A stretch of 64,000 nucleotides of DNA. Origin: an uncultured Actinomycetes bacterium (GTDB taxonomy: Bacteria > Actinomycetota > UBA4738 > HRBIN12). Location of the stretch: positions 1,889,040 through 1,953,039 of the forward strand of contig OY969934.1 in NCBI GenBank assembly GCA_963704725.1. Reading direction: 5' to 3'. The translations under genes and the position numbers were made by a program. Under the pieces are notes generated by a model that saw only the letters and a list, made by a program, of their open reading frames with translations, made no database searches and was not told the origin of the DNA. This document shows, in pieces, positions 25,372-35,287 of the stretch; the first letter of the stretch is position 1, and each line of letters begins with the position of its first letter.

Positions 25372-27315
25372 GTGAGAAGAAGCCTATCTATTGTGGCCCT
25401 CGCGGCCGTCTTGTCGCTGGTAGCCGCCTCGTGCGGCGGCAACGACAACGAGGGCTCGACGACGGGGGCGACGACCGGCGGCACCACGACGACCGGAGCC
25501 ACGGGTGGCACCACCGGTGGCAACGTGCCCGAGGGTGGCGTCCTGCGAGAGGAGTGGGTCAGCAGCTTCGGGTTCACGAACGCTTTCGACCCGACGGGCG
25601 AGTATCTGGGCTCGGCGTGGGCCCTCTACGGCAACTTCCTGCTCCGCGGGCTGGTGAGCTACCCCTGGCTGCCCGGCGACCAGAACGGCAACGTGCCGGT
25701 GGCGGACCTCGCGACCGATACCGGACAGGTCTCGGCCGACGGCCTGACCATCACGTTCACGCTGAAGGACGGCGTGATGTGGCAGCCGCCGCTCAGCCGC
25801 CCGGTGACCTCCGCCGACGCGGCCTTCGCGTTCCAGCGGATCAACACCAAGTCGCTGATCGCCCAGTACGGGAGCTACTACTGCGGCACGATCGTCGGGA
25901 TGGACTGCAACGGCAAGTCGCAGGACGACCCGATCGAGGGCATCGAGACGCCGGACGACAAGACGATCGTCCTGCACCTCGAGCGCCCGACCGGTGACCT
26001 GCTGTACCGGCTGGCCCAGCCCGCCGCGGCCCCGATGCCACCGGAGGTGGCCGGCTGCTTCAGCGACGCCGGTGAGTACGGGCGCTACGTGATGTCCGAC
26101 GGCCCGTACATGATCGAGGGCTCGGACCAGATGGACGTCTCGTCGTGCGACGCGCTGAAGCCGGTCTCGGGCTACGAGCCGGAGAAGTTCCTGCGCATGA
26201 TCAAGAACCCGAGCTACGACCAGTCGACCGACGACAACCGCGAGAACCACATCGAGGGTTACGTGGGTGTCGTCAACACCAACGCCGACGACGCATACAA
26301 CCGGGTGCTGAACGGCGACAGCGACCTCGCGCACGGTGCGCCGCCGACGGCGATCCTGCAGCAATACCTGACGAACCCGGACCTGCAGGACAACTTCAAG
26401 ACGGACCCGGGTGACCGGACCTGGTACGTCACGATGAACCTGATCGTGCCGCCATTCGACGACATCCACGTGCGAAAGGCCGTGAACCTCGTCATCGACA
26501 AGGCCGCGCTGCTCCAGGCGACCGGCGGGCCCACGACCGGTGACGTCGCGACGACGATCGAACCGCCGACGGTGTTGCCGGACACCGGCGACTACGACCC
26601 ATACCCGAGCCCGGACTTCGCGGGCGACGTCGATGCCGCCAAGGCGGAGATGGCGCAGTCGAAGTACGACTCCAACGGGGACGGCGTGTGCGATGCGGAT
26701 GTCTGCAACAACGTCCTCATGATCAACCGCAACTACGAGCCGTGGACGAAGTACTCGCCGATCATGCAGCAGAGCCTCGAGCAGATCGGGATCAACCTCA
26801 AGGTCCGCGAGCTCGATGTCTCGACGGCCTACACGACGATCCAGACGATCAACAACCTCGTCCCGATCGCCATCAACGCCGGATGGGGGAAGGACTACGC
26901 GAGCCCGTACGGGTTCGACTTCTACCTCTTCAACACGGCGGGCCTGGCGTGCTCGGGCAACGTGAACTACTCGCTCATCGGGATGACGGAGGATCTCGCG
27001 ACGGAGTGTGGCGACAACGTGGTCGCGGCCCTGAACGCGGTGACGAACAACGGGGCCAACCCGCTCCCGAGCGTCGACGCGGACATGGAAGCGTGCGTCG
27101 CGACTCCCGCGGGGGATGCCTACAACGCCTGCTGGGCGGCCCTCGATCAGAAGCTGATGGAGGACATCGTGCCCTGGGTCCCCTACCGCTGGGGCGCCCA
27201 GAACACGGAGCTCGGAGACGCCGTGGCCAAGTGGAACTACGACCAGTCGGCCGGCTGGAGCGCGTACTCGCGCATGGCGGTCGACAACGGCCTCACGATG
27301 GATCAGGTCAGCTAG
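25372..27315 (+). CDS. Peptide ABC transporter substrate-binding lipoprotein (SBP family 5)
   Basis: Lipobox LVAASCGG followed by a T/G-rich linker. 647 aa, a size typical of SBP_bac_5. Confidence 0.75.
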   Translation: MRRSLSIVALAAVLSLVAASCGGNDNEGSTTGATTGGTTTTGATGGTTGGNVPEGGVLREEWVSSFGFTNAFDPTGEYLGSAWALYGNFLLRGLVSYPWLPGDQNGNVPVADLATDTGQVSADGLTITFTLKDGVMWQPPLSRPVTSADAAFAFQRINTKSLIAQYGSYYCGTIVGMDCNGKSQDDPIEGIETPDDKTIVLHLERPTGDLLYRLAQPAAAPMPPEVAGCFSDAGEYGRYVMSDGPYMIEGSDQMDVSSCDALKPVSGYEPEKFLRMIKNPSYDQSTDDNRENHIEGYVGVVNTNADDAYNRVLNGDSDLAHGAPPTAILQQYLTNPDLQDNFKTDPGDRTWYVTMNLIVPPFDDIHVRKAVNLVIDKAALLQATGGPTTGDVATTIEPPTVLPDTGDYDPYPSPDFAGDVDAAKAEMAQSKYDSNGDGVCDADVCNNVLMINRNYEPWTKYSPIMQQSLEQIGINLKVRELDVSTAYTTIQTINNLVPIAINAGWGKDYASPYGFDFYLFNTAGLACSGNVNYSLIGMTEDLATECGDNVVAALNAVTNNGANPLPSVDADMEACVATPAGDAYNACWAALDQKLMEDIVPWVPYRWGAQNTELGDAVAKWNYDQSAGWSAYSRMAVDNGLTMDQVS

Positions 27316-27398
27316 GGCCGAAGCACGGAAACAGGTGGAGGCGGAGGGGCCCGGACGGGCCCCTCCGCCACGATTCGGTGGCATAGACTGAGGGCTCG

Positions 27399-28367
27399 AT
27401 GATCCGATACATCATCCGGCGGCTCATGTGGGTCCTCGTGACCCTCCTGCTGGTCGCCTTCATCACGTACGTCATCTTCTTCGTCATGCCCTCCACGGAC
27501 CCCGCCGTGAACTTCGCCGGCAAGCAGCCGACCCCCGAGCTCGTGGCCCAGGTCCGCCACCAGTTCGGGTTGGACAAGCCCTTCGTCGCGCAGTACGGGC
27601 TGTTCATCGGCCGGCTGTTCTTCGGAGACGACTACGGCTGGCCGGGACTCGGCTTCTCGTTCGTGACGCGGTCGGAGCTCAAGCCCGAGGTTCTGAGCCG
27701 GCTGTTGGTGACTGGCCAGCTCGCCCTGGGCGCCGCGGTGACGTGGCTCCTGATCGGGATCCCCATCGGCATCCTGTCGGCGCTCCGCCCCCGGTCGATC
27801 TTCGACCGGCTGGCGATGGGATTCGCCCTGTTCGGGGTCTCTGCGCCCGTGTTCTTCGTCGGTCCCGTGTCCCTCTACCTCTTCTGGTTCAAGCTGCACT
27901 GGCTGCCCGGGACCGGTTTCTCGCCGATCACCGAGGACGGCATCGGTCAGTGGTTCGTGCACATGATCATGCCCTGGGCGGTGCTGGCGCTCGCCTTCGC
28001 CGCGTTCTACGCCCGCATGTCGAGGGCGAACCTCATCGAGAAGATGAGCGAGGACTACATCCGCACCGCGAGAGCGAAGGGGCTCTCGGAGCGGCGGGTC
28101 GTCATGAAGCACGGGCTGCGCGCGAGCCTGACCCCGATCGTCACGATCCTCGGTCTGGACCTGGGCGCGCTGATGGGTGGGGCGATCATCACCGAATCCG
28201 TGTTCAACATCCCGGGCATCGGTCAGTACGCGGTGAAGTCGGTGTTCGCGGGCGACTTCTATGCGATCCTCGACGTCACGATCATCGCCGCCTTCTTCAT
28301 CACGTTCGCGAACCTCGTGGTGGACATCGTGTACGCCTTCCTCGATCCGAGGGTCAGGTACACGTGA
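27399..28367 (+). CDS. Peptide ABC transporter permease (DppB/OppB-like)
   Basis: 322 aa, begins MIRYIIRRLMWVLVTLLLV, EAA loop IRTARAKGLSERRVVMKHGLR. Confidence 0.85.
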   Translation: MIRYIIRRLMWVLVTLLLVAFITYVIFFVMPSTDPAVNFAGKQPTPELVAQVRHQFGLDKPFVAQYGLFIGRLFFGDDYGWPGLGFSFVTRSELKPEVLSRLLVTGQLALGAAVTWLLIGIPIGILSALRPRSIFDRLAMGFALFGVSAPVFFVGPVSLYLFWFKLHWLPGTGFSPITEDGIGQWFVHMIMPWAVLALAFAAFYARMSRANLIEKMSEDYIRTARAKGLSERRVVMKHGLRASLTPIVTILGLDLGALMGGAIITESVFNIPGIGQYAVKSVFAGDFYAILDVTIIAAFFITFANLVVDIVYAFLDPRVRYT

Positions 28368-28394
28368 TCCGATCGTCCCGGCTCGACCTCGGAG

Positions 28395-29420
28395 GTGGCG
28401 CACGTGCCTGAGCCGCTGCTCGAGGTGAAGGACCTCAGCGTGCACTTCCGCACGGAGGACGGCCTGGTGAAGGCCGTTGACGGCGTGAGCTTCTCCATCA
28501 TGCCCGGCGAGACGCTCGGCGTGGTGGGGGAGTCGGGGTCGGGCAAGAGCGTCACGTTCCTCACGGTGATGGGCCTCACCCGGTCGAAGAACGCGATCAT
28601 CGAGGGCGAGATCCTGTTCCAGGGTGAGGACCTGGTGAAGGTGCCGAGGGAGGAGCTGCGGCAGTTCCGGGGGCGCCGGATCAGCATGATCTTTCAGGAC
28701 CCGATGACCTCGCTCCATCCCTTCTACAAGGTCGGATACCAGATCGGCGAGGCGATCCGCGCGCACAACCGGGTGTCCAAGCGCGAGGCTTTGGAGCAGT
28801 CGATCGAGATGCTGCGCCGCGTCGGCATCCCCAAGCCGGACGAGCGGGCCAAGCAGTACCCGCACGAGTTCTCGGGCGGCATGCGCCAGCGGGCGATGAT
28901 CGCGATGGCCCTCACGCTCAACCCGGACCTCCTCATCGCGGACGAGCCCACGACGGCTCTCGACGTGACCGTGCAGGCGCAGATCCTGGACCTGGTCGAC
29001 CGGCTGAAGAGCGAGTTCAACGCGGCCATCGTCATCGTGACCCACGACCTCGGCGTCGTGGCGGAGCACGCGGACAACATCCAGGTGATGTACGCCGGCA
29101 AGATCGTCGAGACCGGCGGGCGCGACGACATCTACTACCGCGCCCAGCACCCCTACACCTGGGGATTGCTGGAGTCGATCCCCCGCCTGACGGAGACGGA
29201 GACGCGGGAGCGCCTGCACCCGATCAAGGGTCTGCCCCCGTCGTTGATCTTCGTGCCCCCGGGGTGTTCGTTCCATCCCCGATGCCCCCACGCGTTCGCG
29301 CCCTGCAGCGTCGAGGTCCCGGCCCTGCTTCCGTCCGACGGCAACCACGCCGCGGCGTGCCACCTCCCCCTCGCGGACAAGGAGCGCATCTTCCAGGAGC
29401 AGGTGATGGCCCGGTCATGA
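28395..29420 (+). CDS. Peptide ABC transporter ATP-binding protein (DppD/OppD-like)
   Basis: Walker [10 protein letters not shown], signature [15 protein letters not shown], Walker [12 protein letters not shown], and a C-terminal oligopeptide-ABC domain with a Cys cluster ([14 protein letters not shown]). Confidence 0.9.
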   Translation: MAHVPEPLLEVKDLSVHFRTEDGLVKAVDGVSFSIMPGETLGVVGESGSGKSVTFLTVMGLTRSKNAIIEGEILFQGEDLVKVPREELRQFRGRRISMIFQDPMTSLHPFYKVGYQIGEAIRAHNRVSKREALEQSIEMLRRVGIPKPDERAKQYPHEFSGGMRQRAMIAMALTLNPDLLIADEPTTALDVTVQAQILDLVDRLKSEFNAAIVIVTHDLGVVAEHADNIQVMYAGKIVETGGRDDIYYRAQHPYTWGLLESIPRLTETETRERLHPIKGLPPSLIFVPPGCSFHPRCPHAFAPCSVEVPALLPSDGNHAAACHLPLADKERIFQEQVMARS

Positions 29421-30478
29421 GCGTCGAGGTCACGGAACGAACGGAGCCGCAGCCCACGGGGGGTGCCGCCCCTCTGGTTCGGGTCCGGGGTCTGAAGAAG
29501 TACTTCCCCATCAGCCGGGGCATCATCTTCCAGAAGCACATCGGCGACGTCCGCGCCGTGGACGGCGTGGACCTCGACATCCACCGAGGCGAGACGCTCG
29601 GCCTGGTGGGAGAGACGGGGTGCGGCAAGTCGACGCTCGCGCGTGTGATCATGCGCCTGTACGACGCCACCGCGGGGACCGTCGAGTTCGAGGGTGAGGA
29701 CATCACGCACGCCAAGGGTCGGGAGCTGCGGATCCGCCGGCGGAACATGCAGATGATCTTCCAGGACCCGTTCGCGTCGCTGAACCCACGCAAGACGGTG
29801 GGCAGCATCATCGGGGACCCCTACCGGCTCCACAAGACCGTGCCCAAGGCGAAGATCAAGGGCGAGGTCCAGCAGCTCATGGAGCTCGTCGGCCTCAACC
29901 CCGAGCATTACAACCGCTACCCGCACGAGTTCTCCGGCGGCCAGCGCCAGAGGATCGGGGTCGCCCGCTCGCTTGCCTTGCGCCCCAAGCTGATCGTGTG
30001 CGACGAGCCGGTGTCGGCCCTGGACGTTTCGATCCAGGCCCAGATCCTCAACCTGCTCGAGGATCTCCAGGAGGAGTTCAACCTCACGTATCTGTTCATC
30101 GCGCACGACCTCTCGGTCGTGAAGCACGTGTCCGACCGCGTGGCCGTCATGTACCTCGGCAAGATCGTCGAGATGGCTTCGGGCGACACGCTGTACCACA
30201 ACCCCAAGCACCCGTACACCGGCGCGCTGCTCTCGGCGGTCCCGGTGCCGGACCCCAGGATCGCTTCCCAGAAGCGACGGATCATCCTCGAGGGCGACGT
30301 GCCGAGCCCGATCGACCCTCCCTCCGGCTGCCGGTTCCATCCGCGTTGCCCGAACGCTCAGTTCCCCACGTGCAAGGAGGAGGAGCCGCAGCTCGAGCCG
30401 CATCACGAGGGTCAGGTCGCGGCGTGCCACTTCCCGCTCGAGGACCGAGCCGTGATGGCCACCCCGCCGACCGGATAG
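29417..30478 (+). CDS. Peptide ABC transporter ATP-binding protein (DppF/OppF-like)
   Basis: ATG overlapping the DppD stop. Walker [10 protein letters not shown], signature [15 protein letters not shown], Walker [14 protein letters not shown]-terminal CRFHPRCP. Confidence 0.9.
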   Translation: MSVEVTERTEPQPTGGAAPLVRVRGLKKYFPISRGIIFQKHIGDVRAVDGVDLDIHRGETLGLVGETGCGKSTLARVIMRLYDATAGTVEFEGEDITHAKGRELRIRRRNMQMIFQDPFASLNPRKTVGSIIGDPYRLHKTVPKAKIKGEVQQLMELVGLNPEHYNRYPHEFSGGQRQRIGVARSLALRPKLIVCDEPVSALDVSIQAQILNLLEDLQEEFNLTYLFIAHDLSVVKHVSDRVAVMYLGKIVEMASGDTLYHNPKHPYTGALLSAVPVPDPRIASQKRRIILEGDVPSPIDPPSGCRFHPRCPNAQFPTCKEEEPQLEPHHEGQVAACHFPLEDRAVMATPPTG

Positions 30479-30505
30479 GTCGACTCGCGGGTCAGGTACG
30501 TCTGA

Positions 30506-30511
30506 GGCCGG
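30506..30511 (+). promoter_or_regulatory. Candidate -10 hexamer TAGAAT for secG (near-leaderless transcript)
   Basis: GGTAGAATCG lies 14 nt upstream of the secG GTG. The same 10-mer recurs upstream of tRNA-Leu. Confidence 0.35.
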
Positions 30512-30525
30512 TAGAATCGTGAGCC

Positions 30526-30750
30526 GTGCTGAACCTCATCGCGCTCATCCTGAACATCATCTCCAGCCTCTTCCTGATCGTGTTCATCCTGCTCCACTCG
30601 GGGAAGGGGAGCGGGCTGTCGGACATGTTCGGCGGCACGAGCACCCTGTCCGGCGGCACCGCGCTCGAGCGGCGGCTCGACCGGATCACGGTGGCGACCG
30701 GCGTGATCTTCGGCCTGTCCACGTTCTGGCTGTCCTGGAAGTGGAAGTAG
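30526..30750 (+). CDS. secG: Preprotein translocase subunit SecG
   Basis: 74 aa with two TM helices and the conserved HSGKGSGLSDMFGG motif. Confidence 0.85.
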   Translation: MLNLIALILNIISSLFLIVFILLHSGKGSGLSDMFGGTSTLSGGTALERRLDRITVATGVIFGLSTFWLSWKWK

Positions 30751-30777
30751 CGGTCCGGCCCTCCCGGCTCGGTTGGT

Positions 30778-30783
30778 AGAATC
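30778..30783 (+). promoter_or_regulatory. Candidate extended -10 (TGgTAGAAT) for tRNA-Leu
   Basis: TTGGTAGAAT ends 11 nt upstream of the tRNA 5' end. It carries a TGn extended -10 element. Confidence 0.4.
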
Positions 30784-30794
30784 GCCGGGCTCGA

Positions 30795-30881
30795 GTCGGA
30801 GTGGCGGAACTTGGTAGACGCGCTAGGTTGAGGGCCTAGTGACCTTCATTGGTCGTGGGGGTTCAAATCCCCCCTCCGACA
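30795..30881 (+). tRNA. tRNA-Leu (anticodon GAG), class II with long variable arm
   Basis: Hand-folded structure. 7-bp acceptor GTCGGAG/CTCCGAC. Anticodon stem CTAGG/CCTAG with loop TTGAGGG (anticodon GAG). 17-nt variable arm. T-arm GGGGG-TTCAAAT-CCCCC. Discriminator A. No encoded CCA. Confidence 0.85.
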
Positions 30882-32515
30882 CGAACCGTACGCACACCAC
30901 TCAAGTCCGCTTCCACCAGCACCCTTCGCTTGCTGGGCTCGTAGGTGAGTGACAGGCCGAGGCTCTCGTACAAGGCGGCTTTCTGCGCAGGTTCAGCCGC
31001 CCCCAGAACGCGGACGAGATCACCCAGGCTCTCAACCAGCGCCCGGATGTCGCCCTCGGTGAGTGCCGCCGTGTGACGCCGGTGGATCTCCCCCTCGGCC
31101 ATCCTGCGCTCGGCCTGGACCTCGGCGATCCACGCGGCGACGACGGCCGGGTCCGCGCCGGCATCGAGCGTCTCCCGGTAGCGGGCGAGTCGAGCGTCAC
31201 AGTCCGCGAGGGTCCGCCGAGCGCTCTCGTCGCGGTCACTCTCCGCGTCTGACGAATCCTGAGCCTCGGCGAGCGCGCGACAGGTCTCGTCCAGGCGGTC
31301 GGGCTCGAAGAGGCGCGAGATCCACTCGTCGAGCGGCGGGACGATGTGGGTCTCCCGGACGTACACCGTTGGCGGATGATCGGCTCCGCGGGGGAGCGCG
31401 TACTCCGAGGGGTAACGGCAGCGGTAGTACGCCTGGTCGTGGGTCCAGCTGCCTTGCATCCGGCGCTTGCAGAGTCCGCACCAAAGCAGGCCGCGGAGCA
31501 GGTAGGGGCGTGGTGTCCGGCGGGGCTTGCGGGTCGTGGTTCGCCCGTTGGCGACCCTCCGCACGCGGGCGGCTTCGAACAACTCCGGAGCGATCAGTGG
31601 CTCGTGCGCGAGGCCGGGGGAGCGGACCCAGGCCTCCTCGTCGTTCCATCGGAGCCGAGTCCTGTGACCCGCGGCGACGTCCTCGACGTCGACCAAGACC
31701 TCGTCGCGACGCTGCCGGCCCCAGACTGCCACTCCCGTGTACCGAGGGTTGGTCAGGACCGCCCGGACGGCACTCTTGCTCCAGCCCTGCCCGTTCCGGT
31801 GGGCGTTGCGACCCCGGTCATAGGCGGAGGGGGAGGAGATGCCGTCGCGGGTCAGAGCGTCTGCGATCGCGAAGAGGCCACGGCCCGACACGTACTCATC
31901 GAAGATCCGGACGACGATGTGCGCCGTGACGGGGTCGGGCTCGAGGTTGTGGATCCGGATGCCGAGGGCGGCCTTCCCCGGGTTGGGGTGAGGGCCTGCG
32001 TCCGCCAAGCGGTACCCGTACGGTGGGCGGCCGCCCAGGAATCGACCCTCGGTGGCGATCTGCGCGGCCATCGCGGTCCGGACCCTCGTTCGGATGCGGG
32101 AGCGCTCGCCTTTGCTCATGCCGCCGAACAGCGTCATGACCATGTCGTGGGCCTCGGAGCCCGGGTCGACCCGACCGCCGACCTCGGGGACCCACAGCTC
32201 GACGCCGTAGTGCTCGAAGAGCGGGAAGGTCAGGGCGAACTGAGCGCCGTAGAAGGCCCGCTGTGGCTCGCCGATGACGACGGCCTCGAAGCCGCGGTCC
32301 GGGGAACGAAGCAAGTCGAGCAGCCTGGAGGCTTCCGGCCTGCGCTTCCACGGGAGCGAGCGCGACTGTCCGATGTCGAAGAACTCGGCGACGATCTCGC
32401 CGCGCGCCGGCTCGACGTGCTCCAGGGCCCGCCGGAGCTGCCAGGCTCGCGAGGAGGCCGGGTCCTGCTGGTCCTCGGTCGAGACGCGTCCGTAAAAGGC
32501 AAAGGGCTTCGTCAT
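30863..32515 (-). CDS. Large serine recombinase (serine integrase)
   Basis: N-terminal resolvase catalytic domain (FAFYGRVSTEDQ ... nucleophilic Ser). Recombinase domain with a zinc-ribbon (CGLCKRRMQGSWTHDQAYYRCRY). C-terminal coiled-coil region. Stop codon lies inside the tRNA-Leu 3' end. Alternative start at 32539. Confidence 0.85.
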   Translation of the reverse strand: MTKPFAFYGRVSTEDQQDPASSRAWQLRRALEHVEPARGEIVAEFFDIGQSRSLPWKRRPEASRLLDLLRSPDRGFEAVVIGEPQRAFYGAQFALTFPLFEHYGVELWVPEVGGRVDPGSEAHDMVMTLFGGMSKGERSRIRTRVRTAMAAQIATEGRFLGGRPPYGYRLADAGPHPNPGKAALGIRIHNLEPDPVTAHIVVRIFDEYVSGRGLFAIADALTRDGISSPSAYDRGRNAHRNGQGWSKSAVRAVLTNPRYTGVAVWGRQRRDEVLVDVEDVAAGHRTRLRWNDEEAWVRSPGLAHEPLIAPELFEAARVRRVANGRTTTRKPRRTPRPYLLRGLLWCGLCKRRMQGSWTHDQAYYRCRYPSEYALPRGADHPPTVYVRETHIVPPLDEWISRLFEPDRLDETCRALAEAQDSSDAESDRDESARRTLADCDARLARYRETLDAGADPAVVAAWIAEVQAERRMAEGEIHRRHTAALTEGDIRALVESLGDLVRVLGAAEPAQKAALYESLGLSLTYEPSKRRVLVEADLSGVRTVRVGGGI

Positions 32516-32845
32516 CCGTGCTCCGCTCGGTGCTGGCATGCGAGCCGAGCCTGCATGTCTGATGTCGGCGGTTGAGCGCTCATCCTAGTGGCGTGTGGTG
32601 TCATCCCTCGGGCTCCGTCGGCCGGGCATGTTCGAGGACCTCCAACAGAATCCGCGCGGCTTTCGCTGTCAGCCAAGGCGGCTCCACTGGGATGGCCACC
32701 CGAAGTCGGACGTCATCGTCCACGACTTGCAGTTCCGACCTTCCATCGGACGGTGCGGCTTCCCGCTCCTCGCCCGAACCATGACCTACCGGCCCGCGTC
32801 CAGGGGGTTCGCGTTCGACCTGGCGCGCTTCGGCGCGCCCGCCCG

Positions 32846-33835
32846 TCAAGGAGCATGTCGGGGCGGAAGGGCGCGGAATCGGGGCGTGGCGGAGGCGGGG
32901 GAGATCCGGCGCCGGTGGCCGGGATCGGCGTCGGTGAAGTACCGGCCGAGGCATGGAGTTGTTCGGTAGAGGTCGCGGGATCGGGCCGCCAGGTCGACGA
33001 GCGAGAGGCGATCGCTGTCGGTTGGCACGTGCTTCCATGCCTGGCCGAGCACGCCGAGCCTGGTGAGCCGATCCTCGCTCGCCACGTGCAGCGGGAACGA
33101 GCTCGCGAGCGACCCGGAGGCATGCAGGCTCGTGGTCGCCGAGCGGTAGGCGGTGGCGACCTCCCCCTCACGCTCCTCCTCCGGGACCAGGACGAGGAGG
33201 TTCGGGAACCCGGCCAGTTCTTGCTCCCTCGTCCAACCCGCCGCGAGGCGCAGGTAGCCCTCGAGCTTGCGCGTGAGTGCGCCGCGTGCCTCGGTGGCCC
33301 GGTCGTACTCGAAGTAGAACTCGCACGAACCGCCGGGATGCAGGTACCGCCCGAAGCCGTCTGGCTTGATCTCCGCTGCCTTGGTCCGGACCCAGCGCTC
33401 GGGCCGCCAGGTGGCCAGACAATGGTCCTGGAAGGCCCTGGAGGCCTCGGCGAGGGCGCAGAAGAACGCGTTGACCCCCAGGCGGTGGGCGATGAGCTTG
33501 TTCGTCCGGTAGCTCGCATCGGGCACCCAGGGCAGGTCCGAGGTCCGGACGTCATTCGCATTTGCGATCTCGATGAGCCCTTCCTTCGTGAGGTGCCAGC
33601 ACGCGGGAGCCCTCCCCTCCCCGAAACCCCTCCCCACCGAGAAGGAGGAGACCAACCCCATCTCTTTCAGCTCCCTCATCCGGTGCTGGCACCTCCTGAG
33701 AGAGCGGAAGTGAAGGCTCGTGATCTGGTGCGTGGTGAGGATCTTGTGCTCGAGCATGCTGAGGAGGATCGCGAGGTCTCGCTCGTCGATCGCGCTCGCG
33801 CGCGCGCGATAGGTGTTTCGTTCTGCTCGAACCAT
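32846..33835 (-). CDS. Replication-relaxation family protein (actinobacterial integrative-element RepA/relaxase-like)
   Basis: About 329 aa from ATG at 33833-33835 (MVRAERNTYRARASAIDERDLAILLSMLEHKILTTHQITSLHF ... winged-helix N-terminus). Sits next to the serine recombinase. Confidence 0.6.
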   Translation of the reverse strand: MVRAERNTYRARASAIDERDLAILLSMLEHKILTTHQITSLHFRSLRRCQHRMRELKEMGLVSSFSVGRGFGEGRAPACWHLTKEGLIEIANANDVRTSDLPWVPDASYRTNKLIAHRLGVNAFFCALAEASRAFQDHCLATWRPERWVRTKAAEIKPDGFGRYLHPGGSCEFYFEYDRATEARGALTRKLEGYLRLAAGWTREQELAGFPNLLVLVPEEEREGEVATAYRSATTSLHASGSLASSFPLHVASEDRLTRLGVLGQAWKHVPTDSDRLSLVDLAARSRDLYRTTPCLGRYFTDADPGHRRRISPASATPRFRALPPRHAP

Positions 33836-35221
33836 GATTCGGGCACAGCCCTCCCCCCTCCTTCGGTGGGTGGCCTTCGGCGTAAAGGCCCCGTGACCTG
33901 GCCTTTTGCGCCATCGCACCCGGCGCGATCGCGCTGCCCACGCGCCGCGGCTCACGGCAGTGGGGCAGCGCGACGTCGCGCCAGGGCGCGTGCGCGCACT
34001 CCGCCAGATCGACGGATCTTCAGTTCGTGCCCGTGCTCACCTCCCTCCCCGCCGCTCGCACGGCGTTTCTCAGTCGCCGGCCGAGACTCGCCTTCGGCCG
34101 TCCGGCTCAGGGCTCTTTCGCGGTGATCCGCGTCCCCTCGCCGGCGCTTCAGTCCCGTTCGCTCGCCGTCCGAGCGCTCCTCCGGCCTCCGTTCGCTCCG
34201 AGCGCGCCTCCTCGTGAGGTGCCCGGGTTCGGGGCCGTCCTGATCGCTCGTCCGACGGCGTCCGTGATCGTGGCGCCGGCCTTGTCGCGCATCTCCGCTC
34301 GGTGCCCGGGCCGGTCGCCGGTGGCGAGGGAGCCGTCGCCCTCGGAGTCCTGCTCGCGGCCAAGCGGTGGATCGCCTGCACGTCTGCTGTTGTCTGCTCG
34401 ATCGTGGATGGTGCCGGTCCCCATTCAGTTCCTCCCGGCTCCACGTTTGCTCCACGTCTCGTGCCTGGAGATGGGTGAGGACAGTCGGCCGGGGCGCAGA
34501 GAAGACGTGGAGTTCGCCCGGGAGGAAGGGGGACGGGATGGGGACAGGCCCCTGGCGTCGGGCCTCTGCTCCACATGGTCGTGGTGCAGATGTAGAGACG
34601 GGTCGCCGGGGAGGGACAGGGCGGAGACACGTCTCCAGGCCCCGCGCTCCTGCCTGGAGGCCAACATGATGTTCGCGCCGCGGACGTCCATGATCCGTCG
34701 CCCCAGCCTGATGACGACAGACTCGCCGCTGGCAGACGGCAGCAGCGCGCGGTCTGGCCGAGCTTGATGGGTTGGTCATCCTCACCGGCACAAAGACAGG
34801 CAACGACCCGAACCTTGACGGCCAGGACCGAGAGTTCCGGGAAGATCCCGTGGCGACCGGCGGGCCCCACCCGGGTTCCGCACATGGGCCCGCCAGGTCG
34901 GCGCGTCGGGTCGCCCGCTGCCGATCCGATCGCGCGAGGGCTGGGCGGTAGGACCGAACCGGAACTCGATTGGCACCGGCCAAGAACCGGCGACGGCGGC
35001 CGCCGACAGGGCGGCCCCGCTAGAGCCCCGTTCGAGCCTGACCGCGACGGCGTGCTGAGCGTGATCATGTCCACCCGTACAAGGGCGCGGGAAGGCGCCC
35101 AGAGCGTGTCGGCCCACGCGGGGGAGTTCTGGGGGAGTCTCCGGAGGCGCAGGTCAGACCAGGTCTGGCCAGGGGTCTGCGGAGGGTTGGGGCGAAGGCG
35201 AGCTACTGATCGGCGAGGGGT

Positions 35222-35287
35222 TGACAGGCGGGATGGTTTCGCATTCAATCAACCCTCTAACAGGGGCTCACATAGTGGGGAGGCCGA
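35222..35287 (+). promoter_or_regulatory. Candidate promoter and Shine-Dalgarno for the Rhs toxin gene
   Basis: Consensus -35 TTGACA at 35222-35227, then a weak -10 candidate (CATTCAAT). Strong SD GGGGAGG lies 5 nt before the ATG at 35288. Confidence 0.45.

Noticed and set aside
32588-34126. 512-aa plus-strand ORF across the serine recombinase / replication-relaxation region
   Set aside because: It lies antisense to two genes with recognisable domains, and its own translation is Arg/Pro/Ala-rich without motifs. Treated as an artefact.
33952-35248. Overlapping ORFs 33952..34983(-), 34027..34767(+), 34070..35248(-) in the island gap
   Set aside because: They mutually overlap on both strands and are compositionally biased (R/P/S/G-rich), with no domain signatures. 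The region is treated as non-coding or degraded (see finding), not as three genes.
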